Made by a program: the position numbers and the translations under genes. This document shows positions 13,807 to 26,935 of a stretch of 64,000 nt of DNA, one piece after another; positions within the stretch are counted from its first letter, which is position 1; each line of letters starts with the position of its first letter. The stretch comes from Chiloscyllium plagiosum (taxonomy: Eukaryota): the NCBI RefSeq assembly GCF_004010195.1, contig NC_057746.1:10519457-10583456 (forward strand). The letters run 5' to 3'. The notes beneath the pieces are model-generated. The model had not been told where the DNA came from. It ran no database searches and worked only from the letters and a program-made list of their open reading frames with translations.

Positions 13807-13849
13807 GTACGTATTTTGGCCTTACCTCAGCAGTATCTTCAGCTGAAGG

Positions 13850-14590
13850 ATAGAGGAGCTGAAACAGAGATAGGATGGGGCTGGGATAGGGATGACAGAG
13901 ACTGTCAGAGAGTGAGATAGCATGTGGAAATGATTTGAGAGAGCAAAAGAGGAGTGACATGAAAGGAGAGAGACTTAGAGGTGTCAGAAGCAGGGGTAAA
14001 AGACAGGTGGAGGTGAAGAAAGTTATTGGATTATTAGAGAGTTATTAGAAAGTTATTAGAGAGAGCAACATAGGGATGAGGAATCAAGGCAAACCTTAGA
14101 GAGTCAGGAGTGAGAGAACGTGTGAATTAGATTTTTGGGGATAGGGGTATAAGAAAAATAAATGGTGAGTGGTTGGGTTGAGATGGAGGGGAGGAGTAAT
14201 AGAGGGGCGACGTAAAGACAGGATTGAGAGAGTTGAGCGAGGAATGAAAAGAGAGAGGGAATGCGTATAAGTGGCAGGGTTGGGCAGGACAGACAAGTGT
14301 GGAGAAAGTTGGAGAAGTGAGTGAGGAGAGAGAAACTCCAGTGAGAGTGAAGTGGGAAAAGCGAGAGGGGGATGCAGGAAAAGTGACGAGAGGATTGTAT
14401 GGTGTTGAGTGTAAGGTAAGTCAAAGAAGGCAGTGGTGGAAATAAGAAGCACAAGAGAGACAGAGGTGGTGAGTTAGCTATGGGTGGAGAGAAACGCTCA
14501 GGAGAGACAGGAGAGTACAATTTAGATAGCTAGATAAGCTCAGGTGAGACAGAGGAGGTGACTTAGATGTGGTTGAGAAGGATGGGAGTG
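13850..14590 (+). repeat. Purine-rich (GA) low-complexity tract
   Basis: Strong A/G bias over ~740 bp; explains the S/L/P/F-rich spurious minus-strand ORFs. Confidence 0.8.
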
Positions 14591-15063
14591 AATGCAATCA
14601 TTTTAACAAATCAACTTCTAACAAAAAGGAAAGTTGAATCCTGAATTTAATTATCTGTCCCCCTGAGAGGATAAGTCAAAGTTATAAATGTTCACATTTG
14701 TGAAAATGGAAAACTAACAAGCAGTGACACAATTCCCCTTTCCATATTCCCAGACTCGATTGTTCACTTAAAGGCAAACTCTGAATGAGACTTGATGGCT
14801 AATGGTCTCAGTGTCTTTCTTCATTCTAATCGGATTTATTTTTTGAATGACTAGATTGAATTTTGAAAATGGTCAAAATCTCTCCAGTGCAATCTCTCCT
14901 TAGGTGGCCGTTATTACTACCAGCTGAACCCTATGAAGAGGTTAGAGAGCCATGATGTTGCATCTCTGAGCTCCTCTGTCTATTTTCCACAATTTGGACT
15001 TACAACATAGAAACAGTTTATTCAACCCAACTTTATGATTTGTGTCGATAGACCGCTAACGAC

Positions 15064-17551
15064 TGTGATTGTAGCTCCCTGATTAATATTATGTGAATTC
15101 TGCTAACTGCTGGCATTGACCCTACAGGACTCATCGCTGAAAACTGCTCAGTCTGTAGTTGGATAGACCTTCTTGGGGTGAGCGTCCCACCCTTCTATAG
15201 GTTACTGTGAAAAACACCGAGGAGAGAGTGTGGACCCTGCTCGTGTCTGGTAATGCTGGGACCCCTGTACTGAAAGACCAACTCTGCTTGAGTGGTCTGG
15301 GGACTAGGTCCCACCCATTTCTTAACATGGCCACTTGGTTAAATACATGCGCAGGCTGTCTGCCACACAGACAGCTGGCAGATGCTGAACATGTGGGACT
15401 GCCATCTCAGTGTTTCTGCATCAGCATGCATACTGCCCCACACCCCACCCACACATACCCACTCATGTATCCGCACATATCCACATACACACAAAATCAC
15501 ACGCACAAGCACAGCAGCAGCAGCATTGATAACATTCGGCTTTGACTGAAGCACCAACACATTAACAGGAAAGGTCTGGCAGGGATGCTGCAAGAACGCA
15601 GGGTGGAAACAAGTGGGTTTATGCTCAGATAGCAAGTGATCAGCCCAGAGAACCAGCCCTGAATAATCCAGGAGGTTTCTGTCTCTTTGAGGCCTTGCTG
15701 CAGCTTGTTAGTTCTAGGTGCTGGACCACCAATAGTGGAAGAATAAAATACTTTTGAAGCATAGGGTTGTTTGGTATTGCAGGTAGACTGTGGATAGAAA
15801 GGTTGCAGTTTAAACAAGCAGACATCTTTTTAGCCAGAATCCGTGGGAAAGGCAGATTGCTTGGGAAAAAGCAAACAATCCCAATGTTGCACTAATATTC
15901 ATTTTTTTTTATCAGTTAGACCGATGATTGCAATTTTGTACTCACTGCTTTTCTAAATAATTTTCCATGTTCTATTTTTGACTTGTTGGAGAGAGGAGTG
16001 ATTACCTGTTACGTAAATAGAGATTGGTTTGGGCAAATAAATATTTTGACTGAATCTTGTTTTGGATTGATATCTATATCTTTGATACGTTCAGGTAAAA
16101 CTCAGTTGTCCCATGATATAACCACTGGACAATATAGATTCTGAAGACTAAAATTCTAAGATTAACGTTCTGAAGAATAAAATTAAACTTTCATTGTTAA
16201 CCAACATGTTATCGTTGTGGCCAAAATCACAACATTGTTCAAGACATTATTTCAAAATTCATTGTCAGCATATAATATCTTGTGCATCAGCGTTTTGTGC
16301 TGCTTGACTTTAAGTTGGTTTCGGGTTGTTGCTGTATAAATGTGTTCATCAAAGAAACAGAGGACACAATACCATCTACATCCTAAATGTAAGCCAATTT
16401 GTACAGACTTCCCAACATAATATACAGGGAAATGGCAGGTGAGAAAAACTACTGTGTTAAGGAAGGTAAGCAACAGTTTATGGTCTGTTTAAAAAGTAAT
16501 CTCGAATACAAAGATGTAATCGGTAAACCTTTCAGAAACCCAGGACCTCTTCCTATGACAGCATATCTTTGTTTATGGTCTGCCAATACTCAGGTGGCAT
16601 AATATTACAATCTGTGTATTATAGCAGTTATCAGTATTCCAGCAACTGCATTCTCACTGACTTTGGAAAAACATGGCCCAGAGCCCAATGGACAATGCAT
16701 GAGCTGTGACTCAGTAGGTTTGGGTTGTAATGAGCCAGTCTACCTGTTGTGAGGACTATGTCCTCTACCTGGTGTAGTTACCAAATACCTGCTTAAGCAA
16801 TTACTACAGTGTTTCATTCACATGAACTATATTAAGTAAGAAATTCCATCACTGATCATAGCACAGTGATCCAGTGAACACTATTGTTCCTATCGCGAGA
16901 TTATTGTTTCTGATCTTTGATCCAATCCAAGGCAGTAAGTGTAAAAGCTGTTGACATTCCAAATTATTTAGACTGTCACAAATAAGTTCCAGGCAGCATC
17001 GAGAGATACATTTTATCTACTTGCCTCATTGGATGATAGTGAAGATAGGGATTTCGGTGTAGTTATTGTCAAACAGGTCACTGGTTTGATCAGTTAATTA
17101 ATAACCTAGTTGAAACAGAACCGGGGACTTACCAGCATTCATTTCCTCCAGACGATTGAAAAAAATCCCTTTCCAGTTCAGCGCACAAATAATTGTTGGT
17201 CAGGGAAAACTGATTTCACAGTTGCTGCTGGAAAATTGCCATTGTTAACTGTTCACACCCTCGTTCAGGAAAACTTTAAACACAACATAGACCATGATTT
17301 CATGCAACTCACACCCCTCCCCCACCCCAACCGCATTGTGATCTCATGCATCTTCTAATCAATTCCCCCTTCAATCAGGTCTAATAAGCCACATCATTTC
17401 ACTGAGTGTTTTCAGAACGTGCAAACCCCTCTGCTCAGCGTACTGATTGCAATAGGCAGGCTTCTTGTAATCCTTCATCACCACAGCTGCTATCTTTTTG
17501 CCTTGTGACCCATCCAGAGAATTGCAGGGTCGCTCTCTTACCAAGGCTCCT
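15064..17551 (+). repeat. Segmental duplication, copy A
   Basis: 15064-17256 matches the reverse complement of 20489-21691 plus 23011-24078. 17252-17551 matches 19356-19649 in direct orientation. Confidence 0.9.
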
Positions 17552-18789
17552 ACATGATGTGCTTTCTCACGAACATATTGTGATTGTGATCTTGCTGTCC
17601 ATTCTGGAGAAGCACATGCATAGGAAATTGGTATATGTTGTTGTATGCAGCACAAAGTGTGTCAGCAGGAGGCAGGGATTATGTTTCTGACCCATGCCAG
17701 ATAAACGGCTCATCTTCAAGTTGTAGCAGTTAGTCCCACGATAGCACCCATTTTGCCTGGATTGCTTTTGAAGGTGAGAGTTCAAAGACCCACTCCACTG
17801 CATCCATTCAGGCAGATAGAGTAATCAACTTTCTCAACTCAACTACAACTTTCATTTATGCAGCACATGACAAACTAAATGGAACTGGAAGGAGGGAGAA
17901 GTCCTAACCATGCGTAAAGTCCACAGTCGAAAGGATTTGATAATCGTTGTTCATAAAGAGTTATTGCGAAAAGCAGTAGTCTTTGCTTTGGGGAGAGGAT
18001 ACATCCCAAAGAGGCCAACATCTTGACCAGATGATGAAAGATAAACTGCTAAAGGTCACCCATACTGAAACAAAGAAGAACATAAAATACACATCTACAA
18101 AATGCCATGATGGTGCGTGTGGAATGTATACTCAGTGTAACACCTTCCCCACTCATTTCATTGATTGCAATGTAAGAACTGCATTTGGTTCCAATAAAAA
18201 CCATCAATCTGAAATGTTAATCTCTGTGGAGAGAGAAACAGAGTTAGGAGACCTGCTGAGTATTTCTCGCACTTATTGTTTCATCTCACCTCTTGATTTT
18301 TGCTTATCTGTGAAGGGATTTGCCCACAGTAGCATCTAATTGAATAGTCCACACTACATCACAACCCACTGGGTATTAAATTGGTTTCAGGGATGTGAAC
18401 AGAGCCAGATGAAAGTTTGGTAGACAGCACACTAACTTGTTCATGCCAGTGATTGTGATGTGCAGGCAACAGGACTGTCTGTTGCTGAGTAGCTGCACAC
18501 TTGAGCACAAACCGTTTTGTAAGCCTCATTTTAAAAGTTAGTCTGCACTACATAAAGTCAGACTCCACTGCTTAAAAGCAAGATGCATTCTGGCTGCAGC
18601 CTGGGGCTAAAACTGTTCCAATTACATTTGAAGACTTTTCAAAATGGAATTACTGGCCTCAGGATGTACCCCCCAGATTTTCCAGTTCCACACTGGATAC
18701 ACTGATGTAAGACATGGACCTGGAGGAGAGGGGCTATCTTCCATTAGCAGGTCCTCCAGTCATAATAGCCTTGGCTGAGGAGATTAGGT

Positions 18790-20460
18790 GAATCCAAACA
18801 ACTTCTTTAAGTATATTAAAGGAAAAAGAATAACTAGAGAGAAAAAAAGAACCCTCAAGGACCAATGAGAACATGTTTAGAACTGTAGGAGGTGGGTGAG
18901 GTCCTCAATGAATTCTTCTGTGCTTCCCTTAGGGAAGACATGAAAACTTTGGAACTTGGGGAAGTTAGTGGTGATATCTTGGGAACAGTTCATATCATGG
19001 TTGAGGAGATGTTGGATGCATTCGAACGTATGAAGGTGGATGAATCTCCTCGTACTGACCAGACACATCGAAGAAAACTGCAAGAGGCTAGACAAGAAAT
19101 TGCAGGGACCCTGGCTGATATTTTTGCATCCTCATTAGCTGCGCGTGACGTCCCAGAAGCCTGGAGTCTAGCGAACGCTGTGTACCTTTTCAAGAAGTGT
19201 TGCAAAGAAAAACCGGGAACTATAGACCAGTAAACTTGACCTCTATGGTAGGTAAGTTATTTGAGAAGATTCTGAGAGATAAGATATGCATACATTTGGA
19301 AAGACAGGGTTCGATTAGAAGTAGCTAGCATGCCTTTGTGAGTAGGAGATTATGCTTCACACCCTCGTTCCGGAGAACTTCAAACACAACATAGACCATG
19401 ATTTCCTGCACCCCACCCCACATTGTGATTTCATGCATGTTAATCTTCCAATCAATTTCCCCCTCAATCTTGTGGAATAAGCTCCATAATTTCACTGAGT
19501 TTTCAGAATGTGCAAGCTCCTCTGCTCAGCCTACTGACTGCCATAGGAAAGCCTCTTACTTGCAATCCTCCCACACCACAGCTGCTATCTATTTTGCCTT
19601 GTGTGATCCATCCAAAGCATTGCAGGGTGGCTCCATCATCAAGGCTCCTTATTTATTCTCATCCATATCGTTAATACAAATAACAAACATGATCCCAGCA
19701 CTGATCCCTGAGGCACTCCAATAGTCACAGGTCTCCAGACCCATAAGCATCCTTCCACTATTACCCTCTGCTTCATAACATACAGCCACTTGTGTATCCA
19801 ATTGCCAGCTTCCCCTGGATTCCACGTGATCTAACCTTGCAGAACAGCCTACCATATGGAAACTTATCAATGGCCTTAATCAATCCATGTAAACGATGTC
19901 TACCAGCCTGGTCTCATCAACCTTCCTGGGTACTTCATCTAAGAGCTTTAACAAATTTATACTCCCCCATCGGAGGGAAAAGACACCTATGTTAACTTTA
20001 TCTATACCCCTCATTATTGCATAAATTTCTATGAGGTTGCTTCTCAACCTCACATGCCAGTGAAAAGTTCTCAGCCTTTATTTATAACTCAATTTCCATA
20101 CCTGGGAACATCCTGGTAAAGCTCATTTTGCACGCTCTCAGCTTAATAGTATCCTTTCTGTAACTAAGTGGCCAGAACTGGATACTTCTTGAAAACGGAG
20201 ACAGTGAACACTGTAAATGCTGGAGATCAGAGTCCAGAGTGTGGTGCTGGAAAAGCATAACACGTCAGGCAGCATCTGACCCATTATCATTAGAGTGTAG
20301 CGCCTGGTTCTGGAATCCTGAGACATTGGGAACATCCTTCCTGCATTTACCCTGTCAAGGTTTCTGTTCAACTCTCTGCTTCTTAGCCCATCCAATCTCT
20401 GACGAATATAGAGATCCAGACTCTAATCATATGTCAACCCTGCCATCCTAGGAATCCATC
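18790..20460. mobile_element. CR1 fragments in both orientations around the rearranged duplication
   Basis: 18790-19355 is CR1 ORF2 on + (EVLNEFF..., RPV, GF); 19650-19935 is its continuation on the - strand; further 3'-end fragments run to ~20460. Confidence 0.8.
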
Positions 20461-20488
20461 TAGTAAATCTTTGTACAGACGCTTCATT

Positions 20489-23400
20489 GTGAACAGTTAA
20501 CAAAGGCACTTTTTCCGCAGCAACTGTGAAACCAGTTTTCCACGACCAACAACAATTTGTGCGCTGTACTGGAAAGGGATTTTTTCAATCATCTGAAGGG
20601 AGTGAGTGCTGGGAAGTCCCCGGATCTGTTTCAACCAGGTTATTAAGTAACTGATCAAATCAGTGACCTGTTTGACAATAACTACACCGAAAACCCCTAT
20701 CATTCAATGAGACGAGTGACGAAATGTGTCTCTCGTTGCTGCCTAGAATTTATTTGTGACAGTCTAAATAATTTGGAATGTCAACAGCTTTTACTCTTAC
20801 TGCCTTGGATTGGATCGGATAAAAGATCAGAAACAATAATCTCGTTATAGGAACAGTAGTGTTCACTGAATCACTGTGCTATGATCAGTGAGGGAATTTC
20901 TTACTTAATATAGTTCCTGTGAATGAAACACTGTAGTAATTGCTTAAGCAGGACCACGTCAGGTATTGGAACCCACACCAGGTAGAGGACAGTCCTCACA
21001 ACAGGTACACTGGCTCGTTACATCCCAAACCTACTGAGTCACAGCTCATGCATTGTCCATTGGGCTCTGGGCCATGATTTTCCAAAGTCAGTGAGAACGC
21101 AGTTGCTGGAATACTGTGATTACTGCTATAATACACAGGTTGTAATACTATAGCACTTGAGTATTGGCAGACCATAAGCAATGAAATGGTGTCATAGGCA
21201 AAGAGGTCCTGGGTTTCTAAAAGGTTTACCGATTACATCTTGGGGTTCGAAATTACTATTTAAACAGACCATAAACTTCTGGTTATCTTCCTAAACAAAA
21301 CAATTTTGCTCACTTGCCATTTCCCTCTATATTCCATTGGGTCCTCTGTACAAATTGAGTTGTATTTTAGATGTAGAGTGTAAGGTGTCCTGTCTTTCTT
21401 TAATGAACAAATTTGTACATGAACATCCCAGAAACCAGCTGAAATTTAAGCAGCACAAAACGCTGATGCACGTATGATATTACATGCTCATTGAATTTTG
21501 AAATAATGCCTTGAACAAGGTTGAGATTTTAGCCACAACGATAACATTTTGGTTAACAATGAAAGACTACTTTTACTCTTCAGAACCTTAGTTTTAGAAT
21601 TTTAGTTTCAGAATCTACATTGTCCAGTGGTTATACCATGGGACAACTGAACTTTACCTGAAAACGTATCAATGATATGGAATATGTCAATTGTGCAAGG
21701 CGCCAGGGTACATGGGCAATAGCCAAATTTGTAACTGAGTCATGAAATGAACATTGTCGTCGAGCTCAATGTTGGGAGCATCTTGCTGCATTTTTTGTGC
21801 TTTTATTGCTGAGTAGTAAGACGAGTTTCTGATTAGGCAGTGGCAAGTTGCCAATTGACAGATTAGAGCTTGCTAAATGCCTTGTTAATAGCACAAAAAA
21901 AATCAATCACTAAAGTCAGATTCCGTTCCTAACAAACAAGCTAGACATTGAGAAATATTGACATGCAGTTTAATGTGGACAAATGTTTGGTTATCCACTT
22001 TGCTGGCAAGAACAGGAAGGCAGATTACTACCTAAATGGAGTCAAGTTAGGTAAAGGGGCAGTACAAAGAGATCTGGGTGTTCTTGTACACCAGTCAATG
22101 AAGGCAAGCATGCAGGTACAACAAGTAGTGAAGAAAGCTAATAGTATACTGGCCTTCATAACAAGAGGGATTGAGTATAGAAACAAAGAGGTTATTCTGC
22201 ATCTGTACACGGCCCTGGTGAGACCGCACCTGGAATATTGTGTGCAGATCATCTCCAAATTTGAGGAAAGACATTCTGACTATTGATGGTGTGCAGCGCA
22301 GGTTCACGAGGTCAATTCCTGGAATGGCGGGACGATCTTATGTTGAAAGATTGGAGCGACTGGGCTTGTATACCCTTGAGTTTCGAAGACTGAGAGGGGA
22401 TCTGATTGAGACGTATAAGCTTATTAAAGGATTGGACACTCTGGAGGCAGGAAACATGTTTCCGCTGATGGGTGACTCCCAAACCAGATGACACGGCTTA
22501 AAAATAAGGGGTAGGCCATTTAGGACAGAGATGAGGAGAAACTTCTTCACCCAGAGTGAGGTGGATGTGTAGACCGGTCTGCCCCAGAAGGCAGTGGAGG
22601 CTCAGTCTCTGGATTCATTTAAGAAAGAGTTGGATAGAGCTCTCAAGGGTAGTGGAGTCAAGGGTTATGGAGATAAGGCAGGAACAGGATACTGATTGAG
22701 GATGATCAGCCATGATGATAATGAATGGTGGTGCAGGCTCGAAGGGCATAATGGCCTACTCCTGCACCTATTGTCTAAAAACCTGGTACCTTCATCTCAT
22801 TGCTGCCAGTGAAGAGCCTCCGTGCTGTTCAGCATCAAACATATCTCAGGGCAGCATTCCTCAGCATCAGCCATGTGCACATCAGAAATAGCCTCAGCCA
22901 CAGACACTGGCATCTGGTACTTGCCAACCACTCAAAACCATCGTGGCACCTCTGATCCAATGGCAGGCCAAATAAGAAACACATTTTGCATTGCTGGTAT
23001 TGAAGTCTTTTATCAATCCTAAACAAGATTCAGACAAATTATTTATTTGCCCAAACCAAGCTCTATTTTTCCTGCATGCAGGGACAGAGTACCTAGTCAC
23101 ATAACAGGTAACAACAACTCTCTCCAACAATTTAAAAATATGACATATACTTGAAAAATTATTCAGAAAAGCAGTGAGCACAACATTGCAATAATCGGTC
23201 CAACTGAAAAATGTTAGTACAACATTGGGACTGTTTACTTTTTCCCAAGGATTCTGGCTAAAAATATGTCCGCTTGTTTAAAATGCAGGTTCCAATACCT
23301 GGCGTGGTCTGCTTAAGCAATTACTGCAGTGTTTCATTCGCATGAGCTATTTTTAGTAAGAACTTCCCTCACTAATTTGTCCACTGGCCACCAGCAATAC

Positions 23401-24078
23401 CAAACTATCATATGCTTCAAAAGTATTTTATTCTTCCACTCTGCACCGACCACTGACAAGCTGCAGTGAGGCCACAGAAAAACAGCCAGGTCCTGGATTT
23501 TTCAGGGCTGGTTCTCAGGGCTGATCACTTGCTCTATGAGCACTAACCCACTTGTTTCCACCTTGTATTTCTACAACATCCCTGCCCTGCCAGACCTTTC
23601 CTATTAATGTGTTGGTGCTTCAGTCAGTGCAGAATGTTATCAATGATGCTGCTGCTGCTGTGTGTGTGTGTGAGAGAGTGTATGTGCGCGCTCGGGGGTG
23701 GGATATGGGGCGGTATGCATGCTGATGTAAACACACAGATGTCATTCCTACACTTTCATCTTCTGCCAGCTGCCTGTGTGGCAGACAGCCTGCACATGTA
23801 TTTAACCAAGTGGCCATGTTAGGAGTTGGGTGGGAGCTAGTCCCCAAACAACTCAAGTAGTGTGGGGATATCAGTACAGGGGTCCCAGCATTACCAGACA
23901 CGGGCAGGGTCCACACTCACTCCACGTTTTTTTTCACTGTCACCTATAGAAGGCTGGGGCCCTCACCCCTAGAAGGTCTTTCCACCTACAGACCAAGCAG
24001 TGTTCAGCGTTGAGTCCTGTAGGATCAGGGACTGCGTTCAGCAGAATTCACATTGTCAATGAGGGAGCTACAAGCACA
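20489..24078 (-). repeat. Segmental duplication, copy B (inverted), with a 1.3-kb insertion at 21692-23010
   Basis: For example 20489 gtgaacagttaacaaaggca is the reverse complement of 17237-17256, and the paired ORFs 15207-15545(+) and 23620-23916(-) share NMATWLNTCAGCLPHRQLA. Confidence 0.9.
21960..22780 (+). mobile_element. CR1 LINE 3' end (5'-truncated, young)
   Basis: MQFNVDKC..., LYTALVRPHLEYCVQ, RRLRGDLIETYKLIKG, and a 3'UTR ending ggcctactcctgcacctattgtcta; closely similar to the 750-1300 copy. Confidence 0.93.
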
Positions 24079-24780
24079 ATGGGTCGGCGTCTGCTCAGTC
24101 ATGTCTCGGGGCTGCATGTCAAAGTCAGTCAGAAGTCGAGCTGGATCGAGTAATGAGTGTCTGTCCATTGATCATTAAGGCGAGTGCAAGGTGGCCCAGT
24201 AAGGGCAAAGGGGAGTGGGAAAATCAAGGCTGGAGTGGGGAAGGTCCTGTTAAAGTGGGGGCATTTGTGGAAGTGGGAAAATGGGTGGGAGAGGGTGGGA
24301 GAGCAAGGAGCATGTGAAGCTATAAGAGGCATGGAGGGGTTATTTGTAGCGAACACTATGGTGACCTCCACAAGGGGAGCTTGGAGAAATAGCTTGGGCA
24401 ACATTATGGTGTAAAGGTGGCGTTGGGGGCAGGGAAACTGCAGGCAAGTAAAGTTCAATGTGGTCAGTCTCCAAGGGAGAAAGGATTGATGGGAGTGGGG
24501 GTAGAGGGATATCGGTCGTCAGAGTGATGTGAGAAAATAGAAGACATGGAGGCTCTGGGAATGTATCTAGGGACCAGGAGGAGCTCACTGCCCACATTAA
24601 GCTGCATTTCTTGACACTACTTGCCTTTCTTAGTGTGAAAAGAGGCTGAACAGTGGCATGGACAATGCCCAGGTGGAATGTCGTCAGTGCGAAAGTGCAG
24701 ACTCCAGATTTGCTGGAGGCTGGGATGTTGAAGCGTCAATTAACACAAAACGTGGGATTGAAAGTAGAAAGTGACGATTT

Positions 24781-24987
24781 CAGATATTGGAGAGTCAGAG
24801 TCAAAAAGTGTGGCGCTGGTAAAGCACAGCAAGTCAGGCAGCATCCAAGGGGCAGGGAGCCAACAATTCAGGAAGAAACCCTTTATCAGGAATGTGGGAT
24901 GGGAAAGACTGATGCCCGAAACATCCATTCTCCTGCTCCTCGGATGCAGCCAGACGTGTTGGGCTTTTCCAGCAGCACACTTTGACG
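24781..24987. mobile_element. Penelope-derived short element with inverted (head-to-head) termini
   Basis: Arms ~24799-24895 and ~24905-24987 are imperfect reverse complements (gatgctgcctgac...ccagc..cacact motif), with hammerhead-like remnants in the centre. Confidence 0.65.
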
Positions 24988-25779
24988 CTGTACAAGCGTA
25001 GTTAGTCATCACTGCTCCTGAAGAAAAGGTGGCCCAGGTGGGCAGAATATTGCAGAAAAATCTGTATCAGGTCTGGGACCCACATGATAGAAGTATTGGG
25101 AAAAAGTGTGTAGGGACTTAGGCAAGTGTGCTCCCCAGCTGAACAAGGCTGCATGGAGCAGCTACAAGGGATTGCAAAAATACAAAGTTAAGACAGGAGT
25201 TGGATGAGTTGAAGTAGGTGTGGGAGAAAATATACAACAAAGTGCTGGAACAAAAGTAAAAAATAAAACAGTTAAATTTATTACAAATGGGCGAGGTACA
25301 GACCCAGTATCAAAAAACTACAGCACGCAATCAGCAAATGTGACAAATCCCGAAAATGATTGAGTTATCAGAAACGTGCAAATTTACAAATCATACTCAA
25401 AACTCTGCATGAAGCAGACAAAGAAAATAAAGCCCCTCCTATGGATCATTGTGAATGCCAGTTTTGTTTAGCACAGAAAGGGCTGACATGCCCATTTAGA
25501 ACAATAGAGCATGAAGTAGAAACTGGCAAATGGAGGAACAAGCTCACTGGTGTGTTGAGCGCAGTGATGATTGGGGACCCCACCTCCCCTCCCAAGGGCA
25601 TCAGAGCCCTCTGCAGCCCCAGCACCTGACCCTACCCTGATTAACTCTCTGACAACAAGCCACCAGGATTGCCAAGATACTGAAAATCCAATCACGTACA
25701 CAGTATTCACAGCAAGACAGTTGATTGTGATAGTGAAAATGATATCCACTTTGGAGCCTTCTATTGACTCCTATCTACA

Positions 25780-26935
25780 ATAGACCCAGTCATGCAGCAT
25801 AGAAAGAGACCATTCCGTCTAACTCGCCTACACCAGCCCCAACCCAACCACAATTCCGACCGGATAGCCAAAATAAATCTAGGCCATTTGCCCATAACAC
25901 TGACATCTTCCTATTCATATACTCATCCAGATGCCTTTTAAATACAGTAACTGTACCAGCCTCCACCACTTCCTCTGCCAGTTCATTCCACACACACACC
26001 ACCTTCTGTGTGAAAAAGATGCGGCTTAGGTCCCCTTTAATTCGTTCACCTCCCACCCTAAACTATGCCCTCTAGTTCTACCGCCACCCCACCCCAAGGA
26101 TGAGTCCTTGTCTATTTCCCCTATCCATGCCCTTCATGATTTCATAAACTTCTATAATGTCACCCTCAGCCTCCAACGCTGCAGGGAAAACAGCCCCAGC
26201 CCATTAAGCCGCTCCCTATACCTCAACCTCTCCAAACCTGGCAACATCCTTGTTAATCTTTGCTGAACCCTTTCAAGTTTCACAACATCCTTCCTATACT
26301 GCATGCAGTATTCCAACGGTAGCCGAACCAATGCTCCTGTACAGCCTCAAAATAACATCCCAATGTCTATTCTCAATGCAGTGACTAATAAAGGAAATCA
26401 TACCAAACACCTTCTTCACTATCCTATCTACCTGCGATTCCACTTTCAAGGAACTATGATTCTGCACACCAAGGTCTCTTTGCGCAGTAACACTCTCCAG
26501 GACTTTACCATTAAGTGCATAAGCCCTGCTCTGATTTGCCTTTCCAAAATGTAGCACCTAACATTTATCTAAATGCCTACCACTTGCCTGCGTTAACCAT
26601 ATCTCTAAACTGTTCCAATACATGTACCTGTCCAAATGCCTTTTAAATGTTGCAACTGCACTTGCAACAATTCCATCTGGCAATTCATTCCACATACAAA
26701 CCACCCTCTGTACAAGGTTACTCCACATGTCCCTTTTTCAAATTTCTCCTCTCATCTTAGAAATATGCCCCTCATTTTGAACGCCTCCCATCCTGCCTAT
26801 TTCCTCTCTGTGTCCATCATGATTGTAAAATTTCTACAAGGTCACCCCTCAGCCTCCCAACATTCGAATGAAAAGGTTCCATTCTAACCAACCTCTCCGT
26901 ATTACTCAAACCCTCAAGTCAAGGATACATCCTCA
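25780..26935 (-). mobile_element. CR1 3' fragments
   Basis: FFTQKVVCVWNELAEEVVEAGT and LHFGKANQSR...RDLGVQ motifs. Confidence 0.85.

Noticed and set aside
14096-14520. Hydrophobic 118-138 aa minus-strand ORFs
   Set aside because: Artefacts of the polypurine tract.
15207-15545. Paralogous small protein shared with 23620-23916 (NMATWLNTCAGCLPHRQLA)
   Set aside because: Explained by the DNA-level inverted duplication; the frames diverge through indels and there is no exon structure or domain.
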